DNA of 64,000 nt. It comes from a virus. Lineage: Duplodnaviria > Heunggongvirae > Uroviricota > Caudoviricetes. Location of the stretch: IMG/VR virus record IMGVR_UViG_3300023371_000005; one strand, written 5' to 3'. The notes below the pieces were generated by a model. The model had not been told where the DNA came from, searched no databases, and was given only the letters and a program-made list of their open reading frames with translations. Both the position numbers and the translations under genes were made by a program. Shown here in pieces: positions 18,404-27,458 of the stretch. Position 1 is the stretch's first letter; each line of letters opens with the position of its first letter.

Positions 18404-19936
18404 TTACTTGCTGTCGTTGTTGTCAACGATCTTGGCGCCGAGCATACCACCGACCAGAGAGGTCAGGTCCATGCCGGTTGCACCACGGAAACCTTCGGTA
18501 ATCTGAGTGATACCACTCATCATGTTACCAGCCAGCTGACCAGCATCGTTGCCAATCACGTGGATGTTAGCACCCTTATAGCCTTCGCCGATAGCGGTTG
18601 CAATCGCAGGCAGCTGCTCATACAGCACCTTGATAGCATCCAATTCCATCTGCTGCTTAGCAGCGTCACCGTACTGCTTCAGTGCTTCAGCCTTTTCCAG
18701 CATACCCTTTGCTTCAGCCTCAGCCTTAGCACGGATAGCTTCTGCTTCTGCAACACCCAGAGCCTGTGCGGCGGCAGCCTTAGCCTTACCTTCGGCCTCA
18801 ATAGCCTCAGCCAGACGCTTCTGAGCTTCTGCCTCAGCAGTTGCCAGAGCCAGGTCGGCCGCAGCCTTCTTCTCAGCCTCGATACGAGCGGCTTCTGCCT
18901 GACGCTCACGCTCAAACAGTTCAGCTTCCGCAGCCTTCTGAGCGGCGTAAGCACGTGCGTCTGCTTCCTGAGCCTCGGCATACTTCTTAGCTTCAGCGGT
19001 CTTCTTCACTTCAGCTTCCAGCTTACGCTCCTTGATAGCGACTTCACGCTCCTGGAGTTCGATAGCCTTCTCCTGACGAGCCAGGTTTGCTTCTGCTTCT
19101 GCGATTTCCTTTGCCTTACGCTGGTTCTCAGCCTCGATGGCCTTAGCAGCGTCAGCCTTTGCCTGAGCGGTGTCAGCCTGCTCCTGCATCTGAGCCTTTT
19201 CGATAGCGAACTGGGTCTGCTTCTTAGCGATCTCAGTTGCGGCCTCAACCTTGGCATCGTTAGCGGCCTTATCAGCCTTAGCCTGGGCGACAGCAACCTC
19301 AGCCTTTGCGTTAGCAGCAGCGATGGATGCTTCCTTCTTGATCTTCTCGATGTTCTCGATACCCAGGTCACGAATTACACCATTCTTATCAGAGAAGTTC
19401 TGAATGTTGAAGGTGGTTAGATCGATACCCATATCGGCCAGGTTAGGAGTGACGTTCTCCTGAATACGCTCTGCAAAGATCTTCTTGTCGCCACGGATCA
19501 GGTCCTCAAACATGGTTTGAGAAATGATTTCACGGATATTACCTTCCAGAACAGGGATTACAATATCACGGATCTGGGCAGTGGAATAGCCGGCGAACTT
19601 GGAAGCCGCAATAGCCTGACGTGCGGGATCAATGGAAATGCTCATGTTGGCAACTGCGTCAACCAGAACGTGAATTGCGTCCTTGGTGGGGATTTCCTGA
19701 CGAGAAGTGAAGTCAACCTGGATGTTTTCCAGAGTCATTCGCTGAGTCTTCTGCAGGATAGGTAGTACGAAGATACCGCCACCGGTGCGGGTCTTTACTC
19801 GACCCAGACCAGATACGATCAGAACTTCGTTAGTACCAGCGACCTTCCAGAAAGCCTTGAAGATAACGACGAATACGATGATTGCCAGAATCGCCAGACC
19901 AGCGATGGACAAAGTGGGAATCAAAAATGCGGGCAT
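18404..19936 (-). CDS. flotillin-like SPFH/band-7 membrane protein with long Ala/Glu/Lys coiled coil
   Basis: N-terminal transmembrane helix, SPFH core, then about 200 aa of AEAKA-type repeats. Confidence 0.75.
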   Translation of the reverse strand: MPAFLIPTLSIAGLAILAIIVFVVIFKAFWKVAGTNEVLIVSGLGRVKTRTGGGIFVLPILQKTQRMTLENIQVDFTSRQEIPTKDAIHVLVDAVANMSISIDPARQAIAASKFAGYSTAQIRDIVIPVLEGNIREIISQTMFEDLIRGDKKIFAERIQENVTPNLADMGIDLTTFNIQNFSDKNGVIRDLGIENIEKIKKEASIAAANAKAEVAVAQAKADKAANDAKVEAATEIAKKQTQFAIEKAQMQEQADTAQAKADAAKAIEAENQRKAKEIAEAEANLARQEKAIELQEREVAIKERKLEAEVKKTAEAKKYAEAQEADARAYAAQKAAEAELFERERQAEAARIEAEKKAAADLALATAEAEAQKRLAEAIEAEGKAKAAAAQALGVAEAEAIRAKAEAEAKGMLEKAEALKQYGDAAKQQMELDAIKVLYEQLPAIATAIGEGYKGANIHVIGNDAGQLAGNMMSGITQITEGFRGATGMDLTSLVGGMLGAKIVDNNDSK

Positions 19937-19971
19937 TGTGTGTTCTCCTTTTTCTCCAAATTATATATTTT

Positions 19972-20516
19972 TCAAGGTTCATATCCAAGTTTTTTGAGTA
20001 AATCAATCAACTTGGTTTGCTCTTGTAAGAGCCGTTGTGTTTGCTCCCAAGAGATAAAGTAATCTCTCAGAGCATAATCAATTTCAGTCAGCCTTTTGAA
20101 AATTTCTAAAGCTGATTTTTCTTCGTGAGGTAGCACTGTCCACTTAGTCGTCAACAGTGCCACTCTACTTTCACGAGCCAGTAAATCTTGCGGCCATTTC
20201 GATACCGCACTGCATGGTCATCATACCAACCTTTATCCATCTTTGTAATGGCTTCGGCGGCATCTTCTCTGTTTTTATAAACAGGCTCTTTATGGAATTT
20301 TAGATTTCCATGATAACCAGAACTCTCTTGCGGATCATAAGCAAAACTATTGAGTTCTTTTAGAATTGCTTTTTCACTTGTTGAGCAGTGATAATCTCGG
20401 TATTGAATTGCGTGTCCCATGATCAACCTCCTAGCAGCGGATCTGCAAGGTAATCCTTGCAGCGCTTTCCATCTGCACTTGCGGAGCATTGGGGGTTGTG
20501 GCCGCAGGTGTCGCAT
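19972..20516 (-). CDS. hypothetical protein; two overlapping ORFs (19972..20163 and 20151..20516) may be joined by a frameshift
   Basis: Adjacent ORFs in different frames overlap by 13 nt. Confidence 0.25.
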
Positions 20517-21103
20517 TCATTTTTCTGCTCCTCCTGGAGGCCAAGCATTTCAATACAAATTTCGGTTTCTTTCTTCATCATTTCAATTGCATCATCTAGT
20601 AGAACCGGAGTGCAATTATTGGAGTCCATACCAACATGGAACATATAGGGCATACTCATATAGAACTTGTTTTGCTGATGAGTATGACCAAACAGATTGA
20701 TTAGGTGCATCCGCAGATACGGAGCCTTTTCCAGATTAGAAGTAATGGTAGGATGATGACTCAAATAGAAGTTATACTTCTTATACTTGATCATTTCAGC
20801 CAAACCGAGAACTTCAACACGAGGGAGCTTCTTATAAAGTACCAAACGAGTTGCGGTGTCATGATTACCGGGGATAATCTTAATATTACCATTTAGCTCT
20901 GCTAAACAGTCCATACCATAAGAATTATCACCGAGCATTACATCACCCAAATGGAATACGGTATCATCGGGACCAACAACCTCATTCCATCGTCTGATAA
21001 CTTCATTATCATGCTCCATGTAATTCGAGAAACCTCTTGGACCCCATAGAAACTCTCGGTCATGACCGAAATGAGTATCAGAAGTCACAAAAATCCTTCC
21101 CAT
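20423..21103 (-). CDS. calcineurin-like metallophosphoesterase (candidate 3'-phosphatase partner of Pnk)
   Basis: DTHFGHD...GDV...GNHD motifs. Confidence 0.7.
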   Translation of the reverse strand: MGRIFVTSDTHFGHDREFLWGPRGFSNYMEHDNEVIRRWNEVVGPDDTVFHLGDVMLGDNSYGMDCLAELNGNIKIIPGNHDTATRLVLYKKLPRVEVLGLAEMIKYKKYNFYLSHHPTITSNLEKAPYLRMHLINLFGHTHQQNKFYMSMPYMFHVGMDSNNCTPVLLDDAIEMMKKETEICIEMLGLQEEQKNECDTCGHNPQCSASADGKRCKDYLADPLLGG

Positions 21104-21629
21104 CGGTTTTCACTTCCTTTCTTTCTTCACCAAATTCATTAATATGGATAATCATATCATAACCCTCATACAGAGAAGGAGCAATGAAACGCTTATTCAT
21201 ATCACGAATTACAGTCATAGGAACGTCCGCGCGTCCGACGCGGTTCTTGTTTCTTTCGACCGCCACATCAGTAGGAATTTCAAAAGAAACACCAATTACT
21301 TCAGCAGCGTTCTTCAGATTGATATTGCGGAACAGCTCTCTTCGAGCTTTAGGTGTCAAGTGGGTGGCATCAACATAAACATCAGAATGGAAGTAGTCAG
21401 AACTCAACTTGTTGTTGATTTCCTTATAAAACTCCCGCAGAACCTGATCTTCGTGAGAGAAATAACTTTCATTCTCTTCAACCAGAGAAAGACGAATCAA
21501 ATCTCTGGAAATCCAGTTGCCACCGTGAATCGCAATCTGCTTCTGAATCCAGGAGCTCTTGCCGCATCCACTAGGACCGGACATGACAAATAGACGTTTC
21601 CGCTTCATCCTTATACACCCCATTCTCAA
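21078..21629 (-). CDS. pnk: polynucleotide 5'-kinase (T4 Pnk kinase-domain-like)
   Basis: GPSGCGKSSW...ISRD parallels T4 Pnk GCPGSGKSTW...INRD; downstream RR/VP motifs are conserved. Confidence 0.65.
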   Translation of the reverse strand: MRMGCIRMKRKRLFVMSGPSGCGKSSWIQKQIAIHGGNWISRDLIRLSLVEENESYFSHEDQVLREFYKEINNKLSSDYFHSDVYVDATHLTPKARRELFRNINLKNAAEVIGVSFEIPTDVAVERNKNRVGRADVPMTVIRDMNKRFIAPSLYEGYDMIIHINEFGEERKEVKTDGKDFCDF

Positions 21630-21828
21630 AATTATAACGAAATTCTTCTACATCTTCCATTGTCTTACATTCGACATGATTGATTTCCATACGACAGGTC
21701 GGACAGTAGAGCTTCTTGCGATGCATCCGTCCATGTTGATGACCTTTGAGGCGCATCAGAGGAATACCCTTGTTGCCACAGCTGATACAATAAAAGCTGT
21801 GTTCGTTATATGCTTTCTGCTTTGCCAT
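21571..21828 (-). CDS. small zinc-ribbon protein; ends at TAG 21571-21573, under code 15 it extends to TGA at about 21478
   Basis: CxxC...CxxC pairs. Confidence 0.4.
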   Translation of the reverse strand: MAKQKAYNEHSFYCISCGNKGIPLMRLKGHQHGRMHRKKLYCPTCRMEINHVECKTMEDVEEFRYNFENGVYKDEAETSICHVRS

Positions 21829-21858
21829 TTCATATTCCTTTCTTTACCTTACACATAT

Positions 21859-21887
21859 ATTATATCATATTTTTTTATAAAAATCAA
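21859..21887 (-). promoter_or_regulatory. promoter TTGATT-17-TATAAT (minus)
   Basis: Motif. Confidence 0.6.
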
Positions 21888-21898
21888 TTAAGATCTAT

Positions 21899-22627
21899 TT
21901 AACTGAAAAATGAATAACTTTGGTAGGTGTTCAAATCCAAAAGACAGAACTCACCCATAAAGAATCCACCAGTGTCAATGCACACTTTATGGCCGTCCGC
22001 ATACCAGATGGGACCGGACTCCCAATCGATATACAAATCTTCACTGATATAACATACAGGAGTATGACCATGAACAACAAGGAAGTCATCATAACCACCC
22101 TCGTTCAGTGGGTCCCAGGGATCGAAATAGTCATCTCTGTTCCAGATAAGATGCTCATCATCGGGAATGATAAGCTCTTTATCTTCGTCAGCTTCAGGAT
22201 CACTCCAATAAGGAGTATAACCCGCATGACTCAGCAGAATTCTCATTCCAAGAGCATTAGTATACTCTACATGGGTAGGCAGGTCACGCAGATACTCATA
22301 CCACTTCATGCGGTCAGGGTCCCGCTCCCAAGCTTCCATTGTAGGTCGTCCACCATTGTGAGAAGAAAGAGAATAAGAGTGATAATCCCACATGAAACCA
22401 TCATCGAGATAATCTTTGATGGCCTTTACGAGCATATCTTCATGGTTGCCCTTAATGTAAACAAATCGAGGGTCTGCCGCAACTGCCTTGATACATTCAT
22501 AGGACTGCAGGCCGCGGTCGCACGCATCGCCCAGAAAATAGACCTTATCATCGGGCTTTAAAAATGCTTGAATCTTACGAAACACTTCTAAATGCCCATG
22601 CAGGTCGCCCAGCGCATATGTAGCCAT
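21899..22627 (-). CDS. Ser/Thr-phosphatase-like metallophosphoesterase (lambda PPase/PrpE family)
   Basis: GDLHGH...GDACDRG...GNHE motifs. Confidence 0.7.
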   Translation of the reverse strand: MATYALGDLHGHLEVFRKIQAFLKPDDKVYFLGDACDRGLQSYECIKAVAADPRFVYIKGNHEDMLVKAIKDYLDDGFMWDYHSYSLSSHNGGRPTMEAWERDPDRMKWYEYLRDLPTHVEYTNALGMRILLSHAGYTPYWSDPEADEDKELIIPDDEHLIWNRDDYFDPWDPLNEGGYDDFLVVHGHTPVCYISEDLYIDWESGPIWYADGHKVCIDTGGFFMGEFCLLDLNTYQSYSFFS

Positions 22628-22812
22628 TATTCTCCCTCCTTTATTACTACTGGAATAAGTGTAAACATATAATTCGTAATTCCCATTGCCGCAAATGTTT
22701 CATGGGCCTCGTCATGATCTTTTGCGAGAAGGCCATTCGGCAAAGGAATTCTGTGAATTACATTATCCTTTTCTGTAAATATAAAGCCTTTTACTGCATA
22801 CATATTTATCAC
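22627..22812 (-). CDS. hypothetical small protein
   Basis: ORF. Confidence 0.3.
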   Translation of the reverse strand: MINMYAVKGFIFTEKDNVIHRIPLPNGLLAKDHDEAHETFAAMGITNYMFTLIPVVIKEGE

Positions 22813-22827
22813 TCACTTTCTATATAT

Positions 22828-22856
22828 ATTATAACATATTTTTTATAAAAAATCAA
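22828..22856 (-). promoter_or_regulatory. promoter TTGATT-17-TATAAT (minus)
   Basis: Motif. Confidence 0.6.
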
Positions 22857-22866
22857 AAAAGAAAAA

Positions 22867-22893
22867 ATCCCCCGGATTTTATTCCGGGGGACT
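22867..22893 (-). terminator. hairpin terminator
   Basis: Stem cccccgga-tttta-tccggggg. Confidence 0.6.
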
Positions 22894-22897
22894 AAAT

Positions 22898-23842
22898 TTA
22901 GGGCATCTGAATGACGGGGGTATTATCGCCACCATAGATGGTAGGCAACTTACCGTCCCACTTTTCGTAGTACATCTTTTCGAGCAGATTACCAGTCAGA
23001 GATTCAGCCAGTAATCTGTTAGCTTCAGCCTGGGCCTCAGCCAACATAATCATAGCCTCAGCTTCGGCTTCAGCCTTAGCGATATTAGCTTCATTCTTAT
23101 TCTGCTGAATTACCAGTTCCTGCTCGGACGCAAACTTGGCATCGATTGCCCTCTGGATTTCGGGGTTCTCATAGGAAATGTCTTCCTTGATACCCAGGAC
23201 AGTAATGGTAATGCCGTATTCCTTGAAGTAAGGAATTACATATTCCTTGACAGCTTCCATAATCTTGCCCTTGTTGGCGCCCAGCTCAGTAGAAGTGTAC
23301 TTAGAAGTTTCAATGTTGAAACGGTCTTCAACCAGCTTCTTAATGTCGTTGTCAATAATCTGCTCCAGAGGAGTGTTATTGTAGCGATACAGGAACTTTA
23401 CGGCATCAGCTTCCTCGATCATGGTAGTACAGTTCATACCGACATAGATGCCGATGTTATCAGAACTACCGCCAAAGATGGCGCGGTTAGAAGAAGAAGC
23501 AGTGTCGTCGCCGGAATCCCAAGAGCGAGATACAGGCTTACGCTCAACGACAATCAGTTCTGCGGAAGGCTTCCATTCACCAGTCCAGCTCATGCGGCCC
23601 GTCTGGACCCAGCGGTGAGGAATCTGGACTTCTTTAGTGGCAACCTTGTGCTCAGCCAGCAGCTCTTCAGAAGCAAAGGCGGACTGAGAACTGGAATCAC
23701 CAACCAGAGGGATCAGGAAACCGGTCTGCGAGGGAGAAATCTTGGCGAACTCAGGCTTGTCATAGGGCTTTCGACAACCAGCCAGGCTCAAACACAGGAC
23801 CAGCATCAGGACGAGCAGAACCAACTTCTTTACCTTATTCAT
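22898..23842 (-). CDS. SPFH/band-7 family lipoprotein
   Basis: Signal peptide with lipobox LAGC; SPFH-like core; C-terminal AEAEAEA coiled coil. Confidence 0.6.
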   Translation of the reverse strand: MNKVKKLVLLVLMLVLCLSLAGCRKPYDKPEFAKISPSQTGFLIPLVGDSSSQSAFASEELLAEHKVATKEVQIPHRWVQTGRMSWTGEWKPSAELIVVERKPVSRSWDSGDDTASSSNRAIFGGSSDNIGIYVGMNCTTMIEEADAVKFLYRYNNTPLEQIIDNDIKKLVEDRFNIETSKYTSTELGANKGKIMEAVKEYVIPYFKEYGITITVLGIKEDISYENPEIQRAIDAKFASEQELVIQQNKNEANIAKAEAEAEAMIMLAEAQAEANRLLAESLTGNLLEKMYYEKWDGKLPTIYGGDNTPVIQMP

Positions 23843-24122
23843 TTGTAATATTTTCCTTTCTATCGTTGAAATATTTTACGAAATCTACTGCGATGGATGC
23901 GCCGCAAATAAGAACAACCAGCACTTCTCCACTTGCGACCATATTCTGGACATGACTTGCGGTTTCCATCGCTACAAAACCGAAGTTGTCATTTTCTAGC
24001 TGCCCCATTGCGACTTCATTCATCAGGATTGGGGCGAGTCCTGTGAGTAAGGCGGACAATATAGCACATATCACAATTGCGATAAATGCCTTTTTGACCG
24101 CCTTTCTAATTAGCGGTTTCAT
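23835..24122 (-). CDS. small two-TM membrane protein (possible NfeD-like partner of the SPFH protein)
   Basis: Hydrophobic segments; adjacent to the SPFH gene. Confidence 0.3.
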   Translation of the reverse strand: MKPLIRKAVKKAFIAIVICAILSALLTGLAPILMNEVAMGQLENDNFGFVAMETASHVQNMVASGEVLVVLICGASIAVDFVKYFNDRKENITNE

Positions 24123-24155
24123 TTCGCTTTCTCCTTTCCTTTACCTTACATATAT

Positions 24156-24184
24156 ATTATATCATATTTTTTTATAAAAATCAA
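24156..24184 (-). promoter_or_regulatory. promoter TTGATT-17-TATAAT (minus)
   Basis: Motif. Confidence 0.6.
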
Positions 24185-24199
24185 AGAAGATTTTTTGCG

Positions 24200-24433
24200 T
24201 TAGAAGGTTGGGCCTTTACGCTCGTTGAAACAGACATCTCTTGCTGGGTAAAGGTATTTCTGAAAAACAGGACAAAAATATTTTTCCTCGTAAGTTATAT
24301 CATAGTATTCTGGATGGTCTTTGCCAGCCCAGTAAAGTTTTCGTTCTTCCATGATAACTTTTGAGCCATCAAAGAATGGACATTTACGATATAAGCAGGT
24401 GTGCCACCAGAATTGTTCATCAAATTCTTTCAT
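24200..24433 (-). CDS. hypothetical protein
   Basis: ORF. Confidence 0.3.
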   Translation of the reverse strand: MKEFDEQFWWHTCLYRKCPFFDGSKVIMEERKLYWAGKDHPEYYDITYEEKYFCPVFQKYLYPARDVCFNERKGPTF

Positions 24434-24990
24434 TTGGCCTCCTGGATATACTGCCGAATTTCTTCTCGGTAGTTATAGACAAAAGACGGAACTAACTGTT
24501 TTACAGCATAGTCGCCACCCTCCATCTGGAATGCCTGCCGCACCAGAGTAGCGCTGATACCCTCATATCGGTCCAGGAATTTGAAGCGAAGTAACCATCT
24601 TTCATCCTGTGCGAACCAACCGAGCATGATGCGGGGATCGTCACTGTAGTAGATGGTCATATCAGAATCCTTGGTCTTGCCGAACATCTTGATGTAAAGG
24701 TATCGGCCCCAACCGTGACTGTTGTCGCTTTCATCAGTCATATCATCCAAGGGATAGACATGAATGTGTTTCAGATCTTCGGTAGAAAATTGCTCGTGTA
24801 AAGCACCTTCCAGGAGCATCAGACGAAAATCAATGGGCAGAGGATTGCGCTTGGTGCCAGACTTGTCTGCGGAACCCACGAAAATGTGCAGGTCGCAATG
24901 ATTTGCGGTGCAATCTTCATAAGCCTTCTTCACCATGTTCATATGACCATTATGAAAAGGCTGTGCGCGGAACAGAATTACTCCAACCAT
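24430..24990 (-). CDS. nicotinamide/nicotinate mononucleotide adenylyltransferase (NadM-type NMNAT)
   Basis: (H/T)xGH motif FHNGH and ISATLVR (SxTxxR); strong SD upstream of ATG 24990. Confidence 0.75.
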   Translation of the reverse strand: MVGVILFRAQPFHNGHMNMVKKAYEDCTANHCDLHIFVGSADKSGTKRNPLPIDFRLMLLEGALHEQFSTEDLKHIHVYPLDDMTDESDNSHGWGRYLYIKMFGKTKDSDMTIYYSDDPRIMLGWFAQDERWLLRFKFLDRYEGISATLVRQAFQMEGGDYAVKQLVPSFVYNYREEIRQYIQEAK

Positions 24991-25000
24991 ATAATCCTCC

Positions 25001-25327
25001 TTACTTGATTTCCAGTTCTCTTGCTTGTTCGCTAGTGATACCGAAGTACTCCTCAAACCCCTCAATGTCAGCGGGGTCGCAGGCACCTGAACAGATACAT
25101 TTTCCGTCATGAAGCACCCAGTACCACATACCATCGGGATACTCAACCAGGTGCTCCATAAGATTGAAAAAGTCTTTCAAATTGGAACAGCCATAGACCG
25201 CAACCAGACCTTTTCCGGTAAATTCTTCGGTAAAATAAACATACGGATCAAGTACTATACGATCCCTAATTTTGTCAGTAAAAGCTACAATGATGGGGGC
25301 ATCAATATTTACTGTCATTCTTATCAA
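25001..25327 (-). CDS. hypothetical protein
   Basis: ORF. Confidence 0.3.
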   Translation of the reverse strand: MIRMTVNIDAPIIVAFTDKIRDRIVLDPYVYFTEEFTGKGLVAVYGCSNLKDFFNLMEHLVEYPDGMWYWVLHDGKCICSGACDPADIEGFEEYFGITSEQARELEIK

Positions 25328-25575
25328 TCCCTCTCTTTAATTGTGTATTTATCCCAACCATATTTGGGAATCATTTTCATAAGTGTTATTGAATCTTTTA
25401 CGCTAAAAAGTTGACAATGCTCGCAAAAAGTCTTATAAAGAAAATCTTCTGTTAGAGATAAGACCATATCTTGAGCATCTTCCAGAGAGTCACAAAAACA
25501 TACAATATCATAGCTGTATCGCTCATCACGATAGACTTTTAATCTATTTTTCTCGTAAATAGCATACTTGCACAT
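25324..25575 (-). CDS. hypothetical protein
   Basis: ORF. Confidence 0.3.
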   Translation of the reverse strand: MCKYAIYEKNRLKVYRDERYSYDIVCFCDSLEDAQDMVLSLTEDFLYKTFCEHCQLFSVKDSITLMKMIPKYGWDKYTIKERD

Positions 25576-25604
25576 CTTTTCCCCTCTCTTTACTTTGTAT
25601 ATAT

Positions 25605-25633
25605 ATTATATCATATTTTTTTATAAAAATCAA
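25605..25633 (-). promoter_or_regulatory. promoter TTGATT-17-TATAAT (minus)
   Basis: Motif. Confidence 0.6.
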
Positions 25634-25635
25634 AA

Positions 25636-25658
25636 AGACCCCTCAAAATGAGGGGTCT
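25636..25658 (-). terminator. hairpin terminator
   Basis: Stem agacccctc-aaaat-gaggggtct. Confidence 0.6.
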
Positions 25659-25662
25659 CGTA

Positions 25663-26106
25663 TCACAGTTCGGAAATCAATTCTTTACGCTTTTCCATAA
25701 GAATTTCACCAAGCCAGTTTTTACCAGCAATTTCTGCACATTTGGGACAGAAGCAGGAACCCCAAGTATTGTCATGCCAAGAGTTGCCTTCAATAAGAAT
25801 GCAATCATTTGTAGCAATCAACTTACTTGCGAGTTTAGGGTGCGTATCAAATTTCCGCCCTACGCCAACGCGCATAGCAGTGTATTTGACCTGTTCCCAA
25901 TCCTCACGCAACTGAACTTGACGGCCCATTCGCTTAGCCTTACCCGGAGTTGCGGCGGCCGCAATCTTCTTTCTTTCCTCTTGGTCGAGGGTTTTCATTG
26001 CCTGAAAGAAGTGTTCGTTGGTAGGATATTCAATTCCATCATAGGTAAAAGGGGCATAATAGAAGTTACTTAGAAAAGCGTATTTTCCATCAAATTCAGT
26101 AATCAT
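25663..26106 (-). CDS. NADAR (YbiA-like, DUF1768) ADP-ribose-processing N-glycosidase
   Basis: Fold signature YAFLSNFY...NEHFFQAMK...GNSWHDNTWG. Confidence 0.75.
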   Translation of the reverse strand: MITEFDGKYAFLSNFYYAPFTYDGIEYPTNEHFFQAMKTLDQEERKKIAAAATPGKAKRMGRQVQLREDWEQVKYTAMRVGVGRKFDTHPKLASKLIATNDCILIEGNSWHDNTWGSCFCPKCAEIAGKNWLGEILMEKRKELISEL

Positions 26107-26115
26107 ACTTCCTCC

Positions 26116-26949
26116 TTAGAAATCAATAAACGGGGTATCTTCATGGAGGACTTCAAAGCAACCTCCATGTCGATTGGAACTACCTTCCCATTTTCTGGTG
26201 CGGGCACGAATATAGGGAATATTCAGCATACGCATTTTATGAGCATTTCGCTCATGACGCTCTTCAATTAGTCGCAGAGTTTCATAAGAAGGCGTCTTAT
26301 TGTCCAGAAGATAAGCATCGAGGACTTCATAAGTGAAGCCGAAATTATCTTCATCGGTTTTACCGGTCATGCCATCGCCAGGAGCCTTATGAACCAGCTC
26401 AGCAGGCAGATTCAGAGCATCACCGATAGCCAAAATTTCACGAACATAAAAGTCGTAAAAAATGGAGAAATCACCGGCCATATCGCCAAACTTAGTAGTA
26501 TAGCCGACATACATTTCAGATGCATTGCCAGTATGAACCACTCGACCGCCGATCAATGCGGCGATGCCATACAGAGTAGTCATGCGCAGGCGAGCAGGAG
26601 TATTAGTGTAGAATACATCATTGCCACCACCGAAATACTCTTCGGGGATTGCTTCCACCAAAGCATCCATGGTGGAGCCAATATTGACGACAGTATAGGG
26701 CATATGCAGATGCTCTACGACTTTGTAAGAATCTGCGATGTCAGCCTGTTCGCCACAGGGCATCAGAACACCGAAGACATTCTCAGAACCCAAAGCGCGA
26801 CACAACAGGGCAGCCGCAATTGTAGAATCCTTGCCACCGGAGATGCCGATAACAGCTTTGGTGGTTTTACCACCATTCTTCACGAAATACTTTTTGATTT
26901 CGGTAATCATATACTGGATTTCCAGTTCAGCGTCAAATGCTCTACCCAT
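26116..26949 (-). CDS. nadE: NH3-dependent NAD+ synthetase
   Basis: PP-loop GISGGKDS; NadE family length. Confidence 0.85.
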   Translation of the reverse strand: MGRAFDAELEIQYMITEIKKYFVKNGGKTTKAVIGISGGKDSTIAAALLCRALGSENVFGVLMPCGEQADIADSYKVVEHLHMPYTVVNIGSTMDALVEAIPEEYFGGGNDVFYTNTPARLRMTTLYGIAALIGGRVVHTGNASEMYVGYTTKFGDMAGDFSIFYDFYVREILAIGDALNLPAELVHKAPGDGMTGKTDEDNFGFTYEVLDAYLLDNKTPSYETLRLIEERHERNAHKMRMLNIPYIRARTRKWEGSSNRHGGCFEVLHEDTPFIDF

Positions 26950-26951
26950 TT

Positions 26952-27458
26952 TTACTCCTCCAAATAGTAGATATATACTTCATAGTCCTCATCAAGGACT
27001 TGCTCGATCATTGTCTTGATGACCTCCCAGTTGCCGCCACCCAGGCCGCAACCAATATGGGATGGGAAGCCAATTGTTGCGCCTTCTGGAACAAATTCTC
27101 GGATATGTCCGAGGCAGCTCCAGAAGCCATCATAAGAAGTGTATCTGCGGCCATCATAACCATAGTGCTCTTGGGCGAACATATTGATTACAGTATGAGT
27201 TTTATCCACCTGGACTAGTTGAATATCGCCTAAAAGCACTTCGCTGGTCTCGGGACAATGTTCAAAACCACCGCAGTTACGCAGAATATTATCCTCAGTA
27301 TCATTATACTTCTGGATATATTCGCTGTAAACTACGGGCCACTTATCTTTAATTGCCTTAGCGATGCCAGAGCCCATGCGACCCTGGCAATTCACCTGAT
27401 GGCAGTAATAGTCAACATCTGCATCAAGCAGACTACCTTTTACATGGTAAATACTCAT
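26952..27458 (-). CDS. macrodomain protein (ADP-ribose-binding/hydrolase)
   Basis: Macro motifs HQVNCQGRMGSGIA and IGCGLGGG. Confidence 0.8.
   Translation of the reverse strand: MSIYHVKGSLLDADVDYYCHQVNCQGRMGSGIAKAIKDKWPVVYSEYIQKYNDTEDNILRNCGGFEHCPETSEVLLGDIQLVQVDKTHTVINMFAQEHYGYDGRRYTSYDGFWSCLGHIREFVPEGATIGFPSHIGCGLGGGNWEVIKTMIEQVLDEDYEVYIYYLEE

Noticed and set aside
18560-19420. 286-aa plus-strand ORF (and 64-121-aa ORFs on both strands) inside the flotillin gene
   Set aside because: Low-complexity Leu/Ser/Cys-rich antisense translation of a GC/GA-rich coiled-coil repeat; no RBS; fully overlaps a well-supported minus-strand gene.
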